Positions 63,117 to 64,000 of a stretch of 64,000 bases of DNA are shown here, in pieces. A program made the position numbers and the translations under genes. Origin of the DNA: Pyrinomonadaceae bacterium (GTDB lineage: Bacteria; Acidobacteriota; Blastocatellia; Pyrinomonadales; Pyrinomonadaceae); assembly GCA_046313635.1 (NCBI GenBank), contig JBKBYA010000012.1, positions 5,451 through 69,450 on the forward strand. The letters are read 5' to 3'. The notes below the pieces were generated by a model that worked only from the letters and a program-made list of their open reading frames with translations, had not been told where the DNA came from and did no database searches. Every line of letters begins with the position of its first letter. Position 1 is the first letter of the stretch.

Positions 63117-63992
63117 CTAACCGAGCGGCTTGCCGCCGGTCACGCCGATGACCTCGCCGGTGATGTAGCTCGACTCGTTCGACGCGAGAAAGACGTAAAC
63201 CGGCGCCAGCTCGGCCGGCTGCCCGGCTCGCCCCACCGGCGTGTCGGCGCCAAACTCCTTCACGCTGTCCTCGGGCATCGTCGACGGTATCAGCGCCGTC
63301 CAGATCGGTCCCGGCGCGACGCAGTTTACCCGCACGCCGCTTTTGATCGCCTCGTCGCTGAGCGCTTTTGTGAAGGTCACGATCGCTCCTTTTGTCGTCG
63401 CGTATGCGAGCAGCGTCGGCGAAGGGTCGTAGGCCTGGATCGACGCGGTGTTGATGATCGCCGAGCCGGGCCGCATCTTCGGCAGCGCGGCCTTGCAGAG
63501 ATAGAACATCGCGAAGATGTTCGTCCTAAAAGTGCGTTCGAGCTCGCCGGCCGTCAGCTCCTCGATGCTCTCGTGCGTCCGCTGGAATGCCGCGTTGTTG
63601 ACGAGGATGTCGATGCCGCCTAGCTCGCTCACGGCGCGTTCGATCAGCGAGCGGCAATGCTCTTCGCTGCCGATATCGCCCGGCGCGAGAACGCACTTTC
63701 GCCCCGCCTGCTCGATCTGCTCGCTGATCTCGTCGGCGTCGGGCTGCTCCTCGGCGAGATACGAGATCAGAACGTCGGCTCCCTCGCGTGCAAAGGCGAG
63801 CGCGACCGCACGGCCGATGCCGCTGTCGCCGCCGGTGATCACGGCTCGTCTGCCTTCGAGTCGGCCCGAGCCGACATACGAGTCTTCGCCGTAGTCAGGC
63901 CTCGGCCGCATTTCTTTTTCAAGCCCCGGCGGCTCCTGACCCTGCGGCGGAAATGGCGGCTTTGGTCCTGCGGTTCGCGGATCTTCCTGCAT
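63117..63992 (-). CDS. SDR family oxidoreductase (YghA/YhdF-like general stress type)
   Basis: 291 aa; PDYGEDSYVGSGRLEG, TGGDSGIG, NNAAFQ, YATTK, PGPIWT. Confidence 0.93.
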   Translation of the reverse strand: MQEDPRTAGPKPPFPPQGQEPPGLEKEMRPRPDYGEDSYVGSGRLEGRRAVITGGDSGIGRAVALAFAREGADVLISYLAEEQPDADEISEQIEQAGRKCVLAPGDIGSEEHCRSLIERAVSELGGIDILVNNAAFQRTHESIEELTAGELERTFRTNIFAMFYLCKAALPKMRPGSAIINTASIQAYDPSPTLLAYATTKGAIVTFTKALSDEAIKSGVRVNCVAPGPIWTALIPSTMPEDSVKEFGADTPVGRAGQPAELAPVYVFLASNESSYITGEVIGVTGGKPLG

Positions 63993-64000
63993 TGGCTATT

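Overview
GC-rich bacterial chromosome segment, probably Acidobacteriota (Blastocatellia-like; inferred from the VWA protein and the 'PTAA + carboxypeptidase-like regulatory' C-terminal domain). Positions 0.2-24.2 kb hold a minus-strand translation superoperon: tRNA-Tyr/Gly/Thr, tuf, the S10, spc and alpha clusters, accB-accC, rpsO and pnp. About 17 of its intergenic spacers carry tandem 7-, 8- or 9-mer repeats, mostly arranged as inverted hairpins, with several different unit families. Positions 24-64 kb mix housekeeping and accessory genes: xerD, a winged-helix regulator/membrane protein operon, ettA, an SLC13 permease, OSBS/menC, a lytic transglycosylase, an S9 peptidase, xerC, VWA, TauE, trmFO, HAD and SDR. 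The main accessory features are (i) a beta-propeller sensor kinase and NarL-type regulator followed by three transcription units of secreted proteins, each headed by the same 7-2-7 palindrome at a near-fixed distance from a -10 box; (ii) three distinct IS200-like/REP-associated HUH transposase loci, each with its own TTCA-loop inverted REP pair, one split by a 330-bp tandem CACAGAG hairpin array and one frameshifted; and (iii) a PRMT-like methyltransferase gene and a surface-protein gene damaged by two adjacent deletions. All calls come from reading the sequence and ORF track; no database searches were run.
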